61,225 bases of DNA from an uncultured virus (IMG/VR IMGVR_UViG_3300021958_009066) (IMGVR_UViG_3300021958_009066), one strand, 5' to 3'. Shown: positions 1-9,894, numbered from the stretch's first letter. Notes: generated by a model not told the origin, from the sequence alone. Translations and numbers: made by a program.

Positions 1-283
1 CAACAAATTTAACTTCTACTGGATCAAATGCAGTTCTAGCCATACTACTTATACGTGGGGTTTGACCACCATACTTCAAGTCTACAGGTTCAACGGCTAT
101 TGTGGGTATGTTGATCGCGTATATGCTAAAGTTTATACTATCCTTATCTACATACTCTGTTGACCTTATTATTCTAGTGTCTTTGTTTCTTAACACCGGT
201 GGTAATGGCACAACAATCCGGAATTTGTCTGTTCTAGCTTTGTTTAGATACGATTGTCTAACTTCTTTTTTGAGCTCTGCCAT
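1..283 (-). CDS. Tail completion/tube terminator protein, gp3-like (partial, runs off left edge; absent from ORF track)
   Basis: Hand translation MAELKKEVRQSYLNKARTDKFRIVVPLPP...INFSIYAINIPTIAVEPVDLKYGGQT...FDPVEVKFV, open to the edge; TATAAATA 5 nt upstream; resembles T4 gp3/gp19-fold proteins. Confidence 0.6.
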   Translation of the reverse strand, partial: MAELKKEVRQSYLNKARTDKFRIVVPLPPVLRNKDTRIIRSTEYVDKDSINFSIYAINIPTIAVEPVDLKYGGQTPRISSMARTAFDPVEVKFV

Positions 284-288
284 GTACT

Positions 289-296
289 TATTTATA
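289..296 (-). promoter_or_regulatory. T4-type late promoter TATAAATA
   Basis: Exact gp55 consensus 5 nt before ATG at 283. Confidence 0.75.
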
Positions 297-318
297 TGCA
301 GAACGTATATTAATTATG

Positions 319-1215
319 TTACCCTGTAGAGAGGTTTTTTACAACTTTGTTGACTAAGCTCCACATCTTGTAATTACTTGTAAAACTAACCCCTTCATAG
401 GGCTTTGTGAAATAGTTATTTACCGTGTCGTAATTTTGTTTAGTTTCATTATATATCATAGATAATACACTACACGAAAATATTTCAACATCTGTATCAT
501 TATAGATGAACTGTAAGAATGTAAAGAATAAAACTAAAATATCAACCTCTATAAAGTGTTTTGTAAATTTATATTGGTCTAATTTTTGTATAAATGATTG
601 TGGTGTTATATATGTTAAATTTTCTTTTTTAAATGTAGTACCAGCACTCGTTGTAGGGCTTTCACTGAAAGTTTTACCATATTTTTTAAACCATTCAGCT
701 GTCTCTCGTTTGCTTAGATGCAAAGCCGGGCGTTTGTACGTATACATATCTATTCCAGCTATATAAATTTTTTTTGGACGGAATAAAAACGCAGAGGTCA
801 TTAACATTTGTATACCTGTAGTTGGCCATACTGGGTGTTTATCTTCATCCATGAAAGAGCACATTGGGTGAAAATTGTAAACTACAAATTTAGCGAATCT
901 ATAATATATAAAATGTTTATCTTGCCAAGACCTCTCAACTTTGTCTGTAAAGTTTTTTTCTCCACCCCCTCCGTATGCTTGAGCAAAATATATTGCAAAC
1001 TGTTTCTTGATTTTACTAGGGTCTTTGAAAGCCCAGTTACATCTCAAAAGTCGAGATTCGTTGATTACCGCAATTTGGTCGTCTGTTAGTTCATTTAAAC
1101 TACCACCATTACCCACTACACTTACAGGTATAGTGTTATCTCTACAATGAGCGACGAATCCAGGATCTAGTGATCGATCCTGCCAATCATCTGAGTAATA
1201 TTCCTTACCAGTCAC
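319..1215 (-). CDS. Sialyltransferase-like (GT29/GT42/DUF115-type) protein
   Basis: VSVVGNGGSL...LLRCN, PTTGIQML, KIYIAGIDMY motifs. Confidence 0.55.
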   Translation of the reverse strand: MTGKEYYSDDWQDRSLDPGFVAHCRDNTIPVSVVGNGGSLNELTDDQIAVINESRLLRCNWAFKDPSKIKKQFAIYFAQAYGGGGEKNFTDKVERSWQDKHFIYYRFAKFVVYNFHPMCSFMDEDKHPVWPTTGIQMLMTSAFLFRPKKIYIAGIDMYTYKRPALHLSKRETAEWFKKYGKTFSESPTTSAGTTFKKENLTYITPQSFIQKLDQYKFTKHFIEVDILVLFFTFLQFIYNDTDVEIFSCSVLSMIYNETKQNYDTVNNYFTKPYEGVSFTSNYKMWSLVNKVVKNLSTG

Positions 1216-1261
1216 ATATATAATTTACATTTTTTTTGTTAATTATCAAATTTTATATTTC

Positions 1262-1294
1262 AAAAAAAAACCGCCTAGTGGCGGTTCTTTTTTT
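1262..1294. terminator. Bidirectional intrinsic terminator
   Basis: A-tract + AACCGCC-TAGT-GGCGGTT hairpin + T-tract, just downstream of the 1317..2159 gene. Confidence 0.85.
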
Positions 1295-1316
1295 GTGATT
1301 TAGTAGTGGTTAAATT

Positions 1317-2159
1317 TTAAGCAAAAGCGTCTTGGTCTCTACCGGTTACACGCCCACCAACTTTATTGTCTTTTCCTGTTAATGTTCCTACTTTATCTCC
1401 AAGGGGTGAAGGCTCTCCTTTGCCACCTTTAAGTTTCCCGTCTCCATGACCGTGTGATGTGGCCCCGGTCTTTCCGCCAACTTTGTTGTTTTTACCTTTT
1501 AAATTTCCTTTGTCTGTGTCAGAGCCTCCAGGTCCAGCATCTCCAAGTTCTTGATGCTCTGGTGCTTCTTGCATCACCTCTTCATCATCGTCTTCTTCGT
1601 CTGAACTATACTCGTCAAGCTCTTCAAAATCTTCTGTGTCTTCGATGTCTTCGATGTCTTCATCGTCACCACCGAGCTGGTCCATTAGAACCTCGTGTAG
1701 TTTTTCTGCTAAATCTCTTGGGAGACTCAAAGTAACTTCATCTGACCCTAATTCATCGTCTTCACCACCTTCGTCGTCTCCTCCGAATGCGTCAAAACCG
1801 GCGCCCATCTCGAGTTCGTCGTCGTCTCCTCCGAGAACCTCTTCATACAGTTTATCAAAAATGCTCTTTTTCTTGCTCATGTCTACATTATTTATACTTT
1901 CGTTTGCAGTTTTCCCGGCTGAGTGTTGATTTTTTTCATCACGAGCTCCAGTACCACCAGCTTCATTAACTTTACCGTCATAATTTTCAGCTGCTTCTGG
2001 ACCGGTGCCTTTAGCAGGGTTTTTACTAGCTTTCTTTTCGTCTTCTAGTTCTGCCCCGGCAGATTGTTTACCAACCACATTATCAGCTTTTTCTTCAACT
2101 ACTTGCTTACCAGCAAAATAGATATCCGCTATTTCATTCAAAGTGTTTACACGTGTCAT
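1317..2159 (-). CDS. Acidic low-complexity protein, putative prohead core/internal head protein
   Basis: D/E-rich centre, duplicated C-terminal LxGKxNKVGG; CATAAATA 5 nt upstream; divergent from terminase. Confidence 0.5.
   Translation of the reverse strand: MTRVNTLNEIADIYFAGKQVVEEKADNVVGKQSAGAELEDEKKASKNPAKGTGPEAAENYDGKVNEAGGTGARDEKNQHSAGKTANESINNVDMSKKKSIFDKLYEEVLGGDDDELEMGAGFDAFGGDDEGGEDDELGSDEVTLSLPRDLAEKLHEVLMDQLGGDDEDIEDIEDTEDFEELDEYSSDEEDDDEEVMQEAPEHQELGDAGPGGSDTDKGNLKGKNNKVGGKTGATSHGHGDGKLKGGKGEPSPLGDKVGTLTGKDNKVGGRVTGRDQDAFA
1889..1896 (-). promoter_or_regulatory. Internal late promoter TATAAATA ahead of in-frame ATG at 1880
   Basis: Exact consensus 8 nt before MSKKKSIFDKLYEE. Confidence 0.55.
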
Positions 2160-2164
2160 ACCGT

Positions 2165-2190
2165 TATTTATGCTGACAGTGGTATAAATA
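2165..2190. promoter_or_regulatory. Back-to-back late promoters (CATAAATA on -, TATAAATA on +)
   Basis: Each lies 5-8 nt before the start codon of the divergent gene. Confidence 0.7.
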
Positions 2191-2198
2191 CGTGTATA

Positions 2199-3884
2199 TT
2201 GAATAAAAAATCACAGTTTTACCTGGGTAATCAAAACCTACCAACACCAGATGCTGAGTTCGAGTGGACGCCACAGATGTTGGCGGATTTGCGTAAGAGT
2301 AAGAAGAACATTTTACATTTCGCGGAGAATTTTTTCTTTATTATAAGTGAAAAGGGAAGACATCCTATACAATTACACAGCTATCAACGTAAAGTGATCC
2401 GGCAGATGAGAGACAACAGATTTTTTATATTGTTGGCTAGCAGACAGGTGGGTAAAACCACATTAATGACTGTATATGCGTTATGGAACGCATGTTTCAA
2501 TGACGACCAGCGTATATTGGTTGTGGCCAATAAAGAAGGAACCGCTATTGAAATATTCAAACGTATCAGAATGGCATATGAAGAGCTTCCCAACTGGTTG
2601 AAACCAGGTGTTACAGAGTATGGTAAAACCAGCATGACTCTAGGTAATGGCACCACAATAGGTATCAGCACCACCACTGGTACTGCTGCTCGTGGTCAAA
2701 GTTGTAATGTGTTGATTCTAGATGAGCTCGCGTTCATTGACAACCATTTAGTAGAAGAGTTTTGGAAGAGTGTGTATCCGATCATCAGTAGTTTCAAAAA
2801 GAGTAAAATTTTTATTAGTAGTACACCTAATGGAACAGAGAATTTGTTTCATAAACTGTACACTGGAGCTATAAACAAGAGTAATGGTTGGGAGTCCGGT
2901 AGAATTGACTGGTGGGAAGTACCTGGTAGGGATGAGGACTGGAAACAAGAACAGATACGCAACATGGGTAGCCAGGAAGCGTTTGACCAAGAGTTTGGTT
3001 GTCAATTTTTACAGACAGGTGAGAGTACAATTGATGATGAGCTATATGAAACCATGAAAAATACCTGCCATGATCCAGAGTTTGTGTTTGATGATGGAAA
3101 ATATTTACTATGGGAAGAGCCTAATCCAGATAATATATATGTAGCGGGAGTTGATGTGAGTGAAGGCGTGAATCTAGACGCTAGTTGTGTACAGATACTG
3201 GATATAACACATTTGAGTAACATCAAACAAGTGGCTGTTTATCATGATAACACCATTAGCCCATATTTGTTTACTAAAAAGGTTTATGAAATTTTGCAAC
3301 ACTGGGGCAGTCCGTTGGCTGCTATAGAACGTAACAATTGTGGTGCCCAAGTGGTAGATAATTTAGCTAATGAATATGGATACAGAAACATTGTGAGTTT
3401 CTCACCTACGATCAAAGGTAGAACAGCAGAAAGACTGGGTGTAGTTGCTCATACTAACACGAAATTCAAAGGTGTGGTTAACATGAGATATTGGTTAACC
3501 CAGCTCAAGTGTATATCTATTTTTGACAAGGCATTGGTCCATGAATTGAAAAATTTTGTTAGATATCCCAACGGTACCTGGAAAGCTAGAGAAGGTAATT
3601 ACTTTGATGACCGGGTGATGAGTTTCATCTGGGGGTTAATTGTGTTAGAGAACTCGGTTGTTGAGCAATATTTTGAAATCGAACAATATGATGACAACGA
3701 ACGGCCGTTGAAGCTCAGAGAGTTGGATTATGGTATCAAAGAGTTTATCAATCCGTTGAGTATGTATACAAATCAAAAGGCTGGTGAGTCTGTTGATGCT
3801 AATCCTATGCTTTTTGGTGAAGCTTCTTATATTGAATCAGAAATAGCTGATTTAGAACAGCAAGGCTGGTCTAGACTCTACTGA
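2199..3884 (+). CDS. gp17: Terminase large subunit
   Basis: Walker A LASRQVGKTT, Walker B LILDELAF, SSTPNG, AGVDVSEG, DDRVMS; start reassigned to TTG 2199 behind TATAAATA. Confidence 0.96.
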   Translation: MNKKSQFYLGNQNLPTPDAEFEWTPQMLADLRKSKKNILHFAENFFFIISEKGRHPIQLHSYQRKVIRQMRDNRFFILLASRQVGKTTLMTVYALWNACFNDDQRILVVANKEGTAIEIFKRIRMAYEELPNWLKPGVTEYGKTSMTLGNGTTIGISTTTGTAARGQSCNVLILDELAFIDNHLVEEFWKSVYPIISSFKKSKIFISSTPNGTENLFHKLYTGAINKSNGWESGRIDWWEVPGRDEDWKQEQIRNMGSQEAFDQEFGCQFLQTGESTIDDELYETMKNTCHDPEFVFDDGKYLLWEEPNPDNIYVAGVDVSEGVNLDASCVQILDITHLSNIKQVAVYHDNTISPYLFTKKVYEILQHWGSPLAAIERNNCGAQVVDNLANEYGYRNIVSFSPTIKGRTAERLGVVAHTNTKFKGVVNMRYWLTQLKCISIFDKALVHELKNFVRYPNGTWKAREGNYFDDRVMSFIWGLIVLENSVVEQYFEIEQYDDNERPLKLRELDYGIKEFINPLSMYTNQKAGESVDANPMLFGEASYIESEIADLEQQGWSRLY

Positions 3885-3901
3885 TTTGTATAAATAATGA
3901 C

Positions 3902-4249
3902 GTGAAGTTCGATAGATTGTTTGAAACATATTTCAACACAGCTAAACAAGTTGTTGGTAAAACTACCACTCGGCAACAATCTGCTAGAATGGGCGCTACA
4001 CCGTGGAGACAGGGTAGTCAAAACTTAGTACCGGATCGAGACAGGGTTGACCCAACGTTGAACCCAAAAATCGAGAAGTTGAGAGACAAGCCTAGCGGTA
4101 AAGAGATTGTAACTGCTGCGGATCTAAAATACATGATTCCGAAATACGATTTACGTAATTTATCCAAAACTAATCCTAAATTCTTAGGTAAAACTGGTAT
4201 TAAAATATATTGGGATGATACTATAAACAATTTTGTAGCTGAAAAATGA
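3902..4249 (+). CDS. Hypothetical late protein
   Basis: TATAAATA 3889-3896; N-terminus MKFDRLFE. Confidence 0.6.
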   Translation: MKFDRLFETYFNTAKQVVGKTTTRQQSARMGATPWRQGSQNLVPDRDRVDPTLNPKIEKLRDKPSGKEIVTAADLKYMIPKYDLRNLSKTNPKFLGKTGIKIYWDDTINNFVAEK

Positions 4250-5049
4250 ACCCGGGTCCTCATAACTCTAAATTTTGCGGTGATCCGTTCAATATCGAAC
4301 GACCTTGTAATCAAGGCATGACACAGGGTGTACCGGAGGGGTTAGAAAATATTTTTAGATATAAAGATGGTTGTGTTAGATATCTAGATAAAGATAGTAA
4401 CGCTGGAGAGCGCCAATTGTACAGCAATTGGTACAAAGAGCAAATATGTAGTTTTGGTACAGGTATAGAATATCAACGAGCTGGTACCGATTTAACAAAA
4501 TATGACCCGTTATATGGTGAAGACTGTAATCAATCTTTCAGTGATCCAGTGGATCTGGTCGTTTATATGGAGTTGAATGAGAACTCACTAACTTTGAGAG
4601 AGTTTGGTCTCCATAGTGACGATGATATTACTATATTCATTCATATAGATACATTTTACAAAGCGATGGGGGGTACTGGTAACGCATGGACAGATACTAG
4701 CGGTATTGAACCTAATGCTGGTGATATATTTAGACTTAGTGAATATGGTAATGATCGTGTTTTTCCTAGAACTGGTAATATATATGAAGTTACTCAGCGA
4801 CTAGACCAGGACATCCAAGCAAAAATTAATCCTTTGTTAGGGCATTATGTGTGGTTGATAAAAGGTAAACGTTTTGACTACAGTTTTGAGAATGTACAAC
4901 CTGAAGGTGGTAGTAAAATGGTTGATGAGGATTCTATTTATGATCCATATATGCAGAATGAAGAGACTTGGTCAACAATAAGACCTAAAGAAATATTCGA
5001 TTACGGTGACTTTGGTGGGGGTGATGCTGTTTATGGAGATTATTATTAA
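4246..5049 (+). CDS. gp14: Neck/head-completion protein, gp14-like
   Basis: DPLYGED, FGLHSDDDIT, EPNAGDI motifs. Confidence 0.75.
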   Translation: MNPGPHNSKFCGDPFNIERPCNQGMTQGVPEGLENIFRYKDGCVRYLDKDSNAGERQLYSNWYKEQICSFGTGIEYQRAGTDLTKYDPLYGEDCNQSFSDPVDLVVYMELNENSLTLREFGLHSDDDITIFIHIDTFYKAMGGTGNAWTDTSGIEPNAGDIFRLSEYGNDRVFPRTGNIYEVTQRLDQDIQAKINPLLGHYVWLIKGKRFDYSFENVQPEGGSKMVDEDSIYDPYMQNEETWSTIRPKEIFDYGDFGGGDAVYGDYY

Positions 5050-5498
5050 CGACCAAATCTCCGACCCATGTTTCCAGGACGACCACCCCGTCTAGGGTCT
5101 GCAGCCCGGCCTCTATTTAAACCTTCTTTATTTTGTAACAGAGAAGACACCTGGTCAAATTTTTCGGTTTTGTCTACCATTTGTCTCTCCTTATCATCCG
5201 GGAATTGTTGTAAACTCTCACCTCTAGCGTTAGCTATAGCTAGGTCAGCTTGGTTCATAGTTTCAAATGTTGTTGTATGTGTACGTTGTGGATTGCTAGC
5301 ACAATAGAACATATAATCATATGTTTTTGCTCCTGGGGTCTGTGATATTCTACCTAGAATCCATTCAATATCTACCGGTAACCATGTTATTTGTTTTCTT
5401 TGTTGTGGTTGCATAGCGCTAGACGGTGCTAACGGGTCAAATGCCGGGCGGTCCGGCTGTTTTGTTGAGATTTTTGTACCTACTATGTATGTTGGCAT
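5046..5498 (-). CDS. Hypothetical protein
   Basis: Tiled in minus-strand operon; R/G-rich C-terminus. Confidence 0.6.
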   Translation of the reverse strand: MPTYIVGTKISTKQPDRPAFDPLAPSSAMQPQQRKQITWLPVDIEWILGRISQTPGAKTYDYMFYCASNPQRTHTTTFETMNQADLAIANARGESLQQFPDDKERQMVDKTEKFDQVSSLLQNKEGLNRGRAADPRRGGRPGNMGRRFGR

Positions 5499-5500
5499 GG

Positions 5501-5764
5501 TTAACCTATTGTTATTGGGTAATTTTCTTTTTCGTGCTCAATCTCTTCTATCATGGTGTCAAATCTTTCATCTATATACTTTTGTATAGCTATAGGTTTA
5601 ACCCAATTATTTTTAGTTAAATCTATCCCCATCTGCGAGCCTTTTTTGTCAATTATATCTACAGCTTCTACTAGGCAGCACCATCTAGCTACCTCGTCTT
5701 GAGCCATAAGTATATTTTCCCCGCGTTTATTTTTAAAGTTTAATTCAGTCTTGTTGTTTTTCAT
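5501..5764 (-). CDS. Hypothetical protein
   Basis: Operon tiling. Confidence 0.6.
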   Translation of the reverse strand: MKNNKTELNFKNKRGENILMAQDEVARWCCLVEAVDIIDKKGSQMGIDLTKNNWVKPIAIQKYIDERFDTMIEEIEHEKENYPITIG

Positions 5765-6155
5765 ATCGTTTTAAACACCCTAAGGTATATCCTTGTATTA
5801 TAGATAGTATACAATTTTTGTCAACGGTATTACCTAGATCTTCGACCAATTGTAAGCTTATATTTATTTGCTCAAATATATGTTCATAGCTTCTCTCATT
5901 TTCAGAACAATTTTTATACTGTTGTTTGAGCAACTTAAACATATCTTGTAATAAATTTATAGCGGTTTTCTTGTTACTATTATTAGCATAGGCGTGTCCT
6001 TGTTTATAGCATTTATGCAGGTTTACGCTTTGTTCATTCCAAAACTTGTAATTGAGCGTTTCAATCTGATCGATTGTAATTGGCTCTATTGAATCTCTAG
6101 TTATATTTATTTTACTAGGCGGGACCGCTGTAGTAATTTTTTTTAATTCACTCAT
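5745..6155 (-). CDS. Hypothetical protein
   Basis: Operon tiling. Confidence 0.6.
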   Translation of the reverse strand: MSELKKITTAVPPSKINITRDSIEPITIDQIETLNYKFWNEQSVNLHKCYKQGHAYANNSNKKTAINLLQDMFKLLKQQYKNCSENERSYEHIFEQINISLQLVEDLGNTVDKNCILSIIQGYTLGCLKRYEKQQD

Positions 6156-6594
6156 CTTTTAATATTCGATCTTTAGCTGATTGTAGATTTTCGTTAAAAT
6201 TTGTGATTTCATATGGCTGAGCGTCTATTGGTACTGTTTTTTGCGCTATTGTTACGTTTACATATACACTGTTTGTCTTTCCACACTCTAAACAATCGAA
6301 ATCATTGTCTGTACCGGGTGATATTGGTATTAAATTGACTGCTCCGCAGTATGCACAAGGTGCTTCATTAGCTTCTTGATCTATTTGTGTTATTAGATTA
6401 GATTGTTGCTCTATTATGAGCTTTCTTTCTGTGGATTCACTGTATGTTTTTATGAACCAACCTAAAGCTAATTGTATAATAAAAGATATAACAAATATAC
6501 CTAAGAAATTAGCTCCTAACATAGTGTAACCTACACCGGCTATACCAATAGAAATAGTTGTTACAATTAATAAAGATTTGATTATTTCAAACAC
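6148..6594 (-). CDS. Two-TM membrane protein with zinc ribbon
   Basis: Two hydrophobic helices, CAYC...CLEC; start moved to GTG 6594, 5 nt after TATAAATA (6600-6607). Confidence 0.65.
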   Translation of the reverse strand: MFEIIKSLLIVTTISIGIAGVGYTMLGANFLGIFVISFIIQLALGWFIKTYSESTERKLIIEQQSNLITQIDQEANEAPCAYCGAVNLIPISPGTDNDFDCLECGKTNSVYVNVTIAQKTVPIDAQPYEITNFNENLQSAKDRILKDE

Positions 6595-6629
6595 ACTAAT
6601 ATTTATAAAAAATATTTGATGGGTCAACT

Positions 6630-7025
6630 TTAACCTAGTTTATCTATTAATTTACCGCAGTTCTTTATAAGTTGTTTTTGCTTTTGTAGATTTTTGTTTA
6701 TTTCTACTAAACCTTTTTTAATTTTTTTTGTATCTTTCGCTAAATTTGATTTGTAAGCCTGTGATACCATTTGTTGTACTTCAACTATTTTTACATATAT
6801 ATCTCCTAGACTATCAATGAATGTGCTCATTTGATGTGGTAGTACATTTGGTGCTGTACCGTCTTCATCAGTCCCTATACGTAATAGGTCTAGCACTGTC
6901 ATTTTTTTGGCTCCGGGGTTCCTGCCTGCGCTGGTGGCCCCATATGTATAATCATTACCATAGTTAACTAAATCTTCAAACACTAGGTTTTGCTGCTCTT
7001 TGTTATTTTTTTCTTGCGGTTCCAT
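6630..7025 (-). CDS. Hypothetical coiled-coil late protein
   Basis: AATAAATA 7033-7040 upstream. Confidence 0.6.
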   Translation of the reverse strand: MEPQEKNNKEQQNLVFEDLVNYGNDYTYGATSAGRNPGAKKMTVLDLLRIGTDEDGTAPNVLPHQMSTFIDSLGDIYVKIVEVQQMVSQAYKSNLAKDTKKIKKGLVEINKNLQKQKQLIKNCGKLIDKLG

Positions 7026-7032
7026 CTTATAT

Positions 7033-7054
7033 TATTTATTGTGCGACATAAATA
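7033..7054. promoter_or_regulatory. Back-to-back late promoters
   Basis: AATAAATA (-) and CATAAATA (+) in a 38-bp gap between divergent starts. Confidence 0.6.
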
Positions 7055-7063
7055 ATTATCAAT

Positions 7064-7501
7064 ATGAAGACATTTACTGAGCGATTTTTCAAGATTTTAC
7101 AAGAAGCTGATGAAGTGCCTGTTTCAGATGCAGAAGCAGCAGCAGGCGAACTAGATGCTGGAACCGATCCGGCCATGTTAGATGTTGAACCCGGTCCTGA
7201 TGCGGCACCGGCAGGGGTAGACCCAAGTGCAGGTGGTGGTAATCCAGCTGATGAACTAAAAAAACAACAAAATGCTCAATTTGCCGGGCAAATCGAAAGT
7301 TGGGTTGTTAAAATAGAAGACTTTATCAATTATTTAAATGGGCTGGATGGTGAATCTCTTAACTCCCAAATCAATAACGCTCCATGTGATACAATTTTTG
7401 ATGATATAGCTCGTAGTGAAACTAAAAAGATTGGTAGAATCGCACAAGACCTTAGAAGCTTGTCTGAAAGTTTAAAGAGTTACTTAATTTCAAACGATTA
7501 A
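7064..7501 (+). CDS. Putative internal head protein
   Basis: MKTFTERFFKILQEADE N-terminus, acidic linker, late promoter. Confidence 0.55.
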   Translation: MKTFTERFFKILQEADEVPVSDAEAAAGELDAGTDPAMLDVEPGPDAAPAGVDPSAGGGNPADELKKQQNAQFAGQIESWVVKIEDFINYLNGLDGESLNSQINNAPCDTIFDDIARSETKKIGRIAQDLRSLSESLKSYLISND

Positions 7502-8541
7502 TTTATATTTTTGAGCAATAGCTTCGCTTTCAACCCGGTGAAGCTATTTTTTTCTATAAATTTGTGCCCGATACCTGGTTTATCTATACCTACGCACAAG
7601 TCATTTAAGTCTTTGTACTGTTTACCAATGCTTTCGGGCCAGATAAACACTGTATGTCCCTGATCTACCAGTAGTCTAGTTTTAGCTAAGCTTGTTTTGT
7701 CTAGCCATTGTGAGTCTAACACCCAAATTTTGTTATATAATCTCAGATCTTCTAGCTGACTTGACTGTAGACTTGTTAGATCTTCACCAGGGCCGTTGGT
7801 TATACCAGCAACTGCTAGTCCGTTCCGAACAAAACAACTATCTATTGGACCTTCAAACAAAAATACACTTTCTAGTCTAGAGTCTACTTGGTTAATATTG
7901 TAAATAGTTTTACCACCTCCTAATTTACTAAGGTATTTTGGTTTATCTTTATTATATATTGATCGAGATTGATAAAATACTATCTTCCCTTCATTATTAT
8001 AAAATGGTATAACTATACGGTTCTTGTGTGTGTAATCTGTTAAACTCAACCACAATGTCTTTGGTTTGTTGATAGCTTTGTTCAAATATCTGGCATGTAT
8101 TAAGGATATTGCATCTAAAACTACTTTTTTTTCCTGTTGTGTACCAGAAGACAACCAATAATTTACCTGCGACTCTTCAAATAAATTTATAGAATCATCA
8201 GGTAAGGACGGTAATTCACGTTGTATATGCTTTTCTGGCTGTTCTAATACTTTGGTTACATTATCACTAGAATAATTTGTTGATTCAAGTGTTATTTCAG
8301 GTAAAGACATACCTGTTACGTGTTGTATAAACCTTAGAGAATTACTCTTCCAACCACAATTAAAACAGAAAATGTAATTTTTTTCTAATTTATAATATAA
8401 TCTACGTTTTTTTCCCCAGCTTGAGCCTTCTCTACAGATAGGACACCCAGCCATCCATGCCTTAGCACGTTTGTTATACTTTGGGTAACCGCTATATTGG
8501 CAAAACTTTTCAGTAATATACTGGTCCGGTAGTATGACCAT
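7498..8541 (-). CDS. gp61: DNA primase
   Basis: CPIC...CFNC zinc finger, RIVIPFY, PKYL, FEGPIDS TOPRIM, KDLND. Confidence 0.93.
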   Translation of the reverse strand: MVILPDQYITEKFCQYSGYPKYNKRAKAWMAGCPICREGSSWGKKRRLYYKLEKNYIFCFNCGWKSNSLRFIQHVTGMSLPEITLESTNYSSDNVTKVLEQPEKHIQRELPSLPDDSINLFEESQVNYWLSSGTQQEKKVVLDAISLIHARYLNKAINKPKTLWLSLTDYTHKNRIVIPFYNNEGKIVFYQSRSIYNKDKPKYLSKLGGGKTIYNINQVDSRLESVFLFEGPIDSCFVRNGLAVAGITNGPGEDLTSLQSSQLEDLRLYNKIWVLDSQWLDKTSLAKTRLLVDQGHTVFIWPESIGKQYKDLNDLCVGIDKPGIGHKFIEKNSFTGLKAKLLLKNIN

Positions 8542-8547
8542 ATAATA

Positions 8548-8751
8548 TTAGTTGTTACCTGATATATCTTTGATATCTACCGTGCCTTTTCTTATAAACT
8601 TACCTGTTGTTGGGCAATACCAATGCGCTTCAGTTATTTGCATACCATTCATTGTTTTGGTTATTAACTTAGGACGTACTGGTGACCCATCATAAGGTGA
8701 AGCTATGATCCGCGGCTCGACTTTATCTACATATTTGATTTTTTTATTCAT
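8548..8751 (-). CDS. Small hypothetical protein (degenerate zinc-ribbon-like)
   Basis: SPYDG...WYCPTTGKF; operon tiling. Confidence 0.55.
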   Translation of the reverse strand: MNKKIKYVDKVEPRIIASPYDGSPVRPKLITKTMNGMQITEAHWYCPTTGKFIRKGTVDIKDISGNN

Positions 8752-9656
8752 TTACTGTTAATATTTAATGATTTAATTAAGTTTACAACGTTAGGTACGT
8801 TATTACCACCTGATTCAAATAATGTAAACCAGTTGTCTATATTATTCGCTATCTGATATACGGCATTGTGTATGCATATTTTTTTAAGACTAGCTTTATC
8901 ACGTTTACAATTCGCTAATTGTTTTATTTGTTCTTGATAACAACTAACCTCACCGTCGTGTACATTATAACCGTGTGATAAATCCATTAACTCTATATTT
9001 TTTTCATATATCTTGTAGTGTTCTTCTGTTAATGTCTGCTTTATACCTTTATCTATTATTTTCCGAGCGGTTTTGTCACCAACTTTTGGTATACCGGGTA
9101 TATTATCAGATTTATCACCTATAAGAGCTTTGTAAGTTAAGAAATGTTCCTGATTGATGCCGGCAACTTGCGGAAAGTTAGTTTTATTAACCATAATTTT
9201 TTTGATCGGGCTGTATATACATACATTTTCTTTCACTAACTGATACATATCCTTATCAACTGTAACTATGGTGAATTCATAGTCTGTTTGTGTGTGAGTC
9301 AGCCACGCAATTACATCATCTGCTTCCATTCTATATGGAAACATATTAAAACCGCCTAGTGATTCTATTGCTAGTTGAATTTGTTCATCTAAAACATGTG
9401 CTTCTTCTAGACCTTCTCTGTCTCTATTACCTTTATAATCTGTATCAGCTGCAACACGACGGAAATTTGGTTGACCTCTACATAATCTACTATCCCATAC
9501 AGCAATTATTGTATCTACCCCACCGACTACGTTCACATACGATTTTATACAGTTTAAGAATACATGTAACATGTTCACATCTGTACCACGTGCGCGGTTC
9601 ATATAAAATATACGGTATAATAAATTGTTACTATCGATTACTAATGCTTTTTTCAT
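8748..9656 (-). CDS. rnh: 5'-3' exonuclease / T4-type RNase H
   Basis: IDSNNL, YKGNR, EADDVI, DKDMYQL, GDKSDNIPGI. Confidence 0.92.
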   Translation of the reverse strand: MKKALVIDSNNLLYRIFYMNRARGTDVNMLHVFLNCIKSYVNVVGGVDTIIAVWDSRLCRGQPNFRRVAADTDYKGNRDREGLEEAHVLDEQIQLAIESLGGFNMFPYRMEADDVIAWLTHTQTDYEFTIVTVDKDMYQLVKENVCIYSPIKKIMVNKTNFPQVAGINQEHFLTYKALIGDKSDNIPGIPKVGDKTARKIIDKGIKQTLTEEHYKIYEKNIELMDLSHGYNVHDGEVSCYQEQIKQLANCKRDKASLKKICIHNAVYQIANNIDNWFTLFESGGNNVPNVVNLIKSLNINSK

Positions 9657-9894
9657 ATTGTTTTGTACATATTTCTATTATATCAACCGGTAAGAGTTCT
9701 AGCAACTCTAATATGTTGTTATCAATACCGTCAACTACTTCAGAACGTGGTATTTCTCTAGCTATCATGTCAGGTAAGTCTAAAAATTTTATATTATTAG
9801 AACCAGGCTGTATAACAACGAGGTTGGAACCCTTGTATGTACCTTGTGTTACAGCATATAGCTGCCCTTGCTGTATATTTACTTGATTTGCCAC
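9631..9894 (-). CDS. Hypothetical protein
   Basis: Operon tiling. Confidence 0.55.
   Translation of the reverse strand: MANQVNIQQGQLYAVTQGTYKGSNLVVIQPGSNNIKFLDLPDMIAREIPRSEVVDGIDNNILELLELLPVDIIEICTKQYEKSISNR

Noticed and set aside
2064..2198. N-terminal extension of terminase in the ORF track
   Set aside because: Overlaps the divergent gene and lies upstream of the late promoter; TTG 2199 is the more plausible start.
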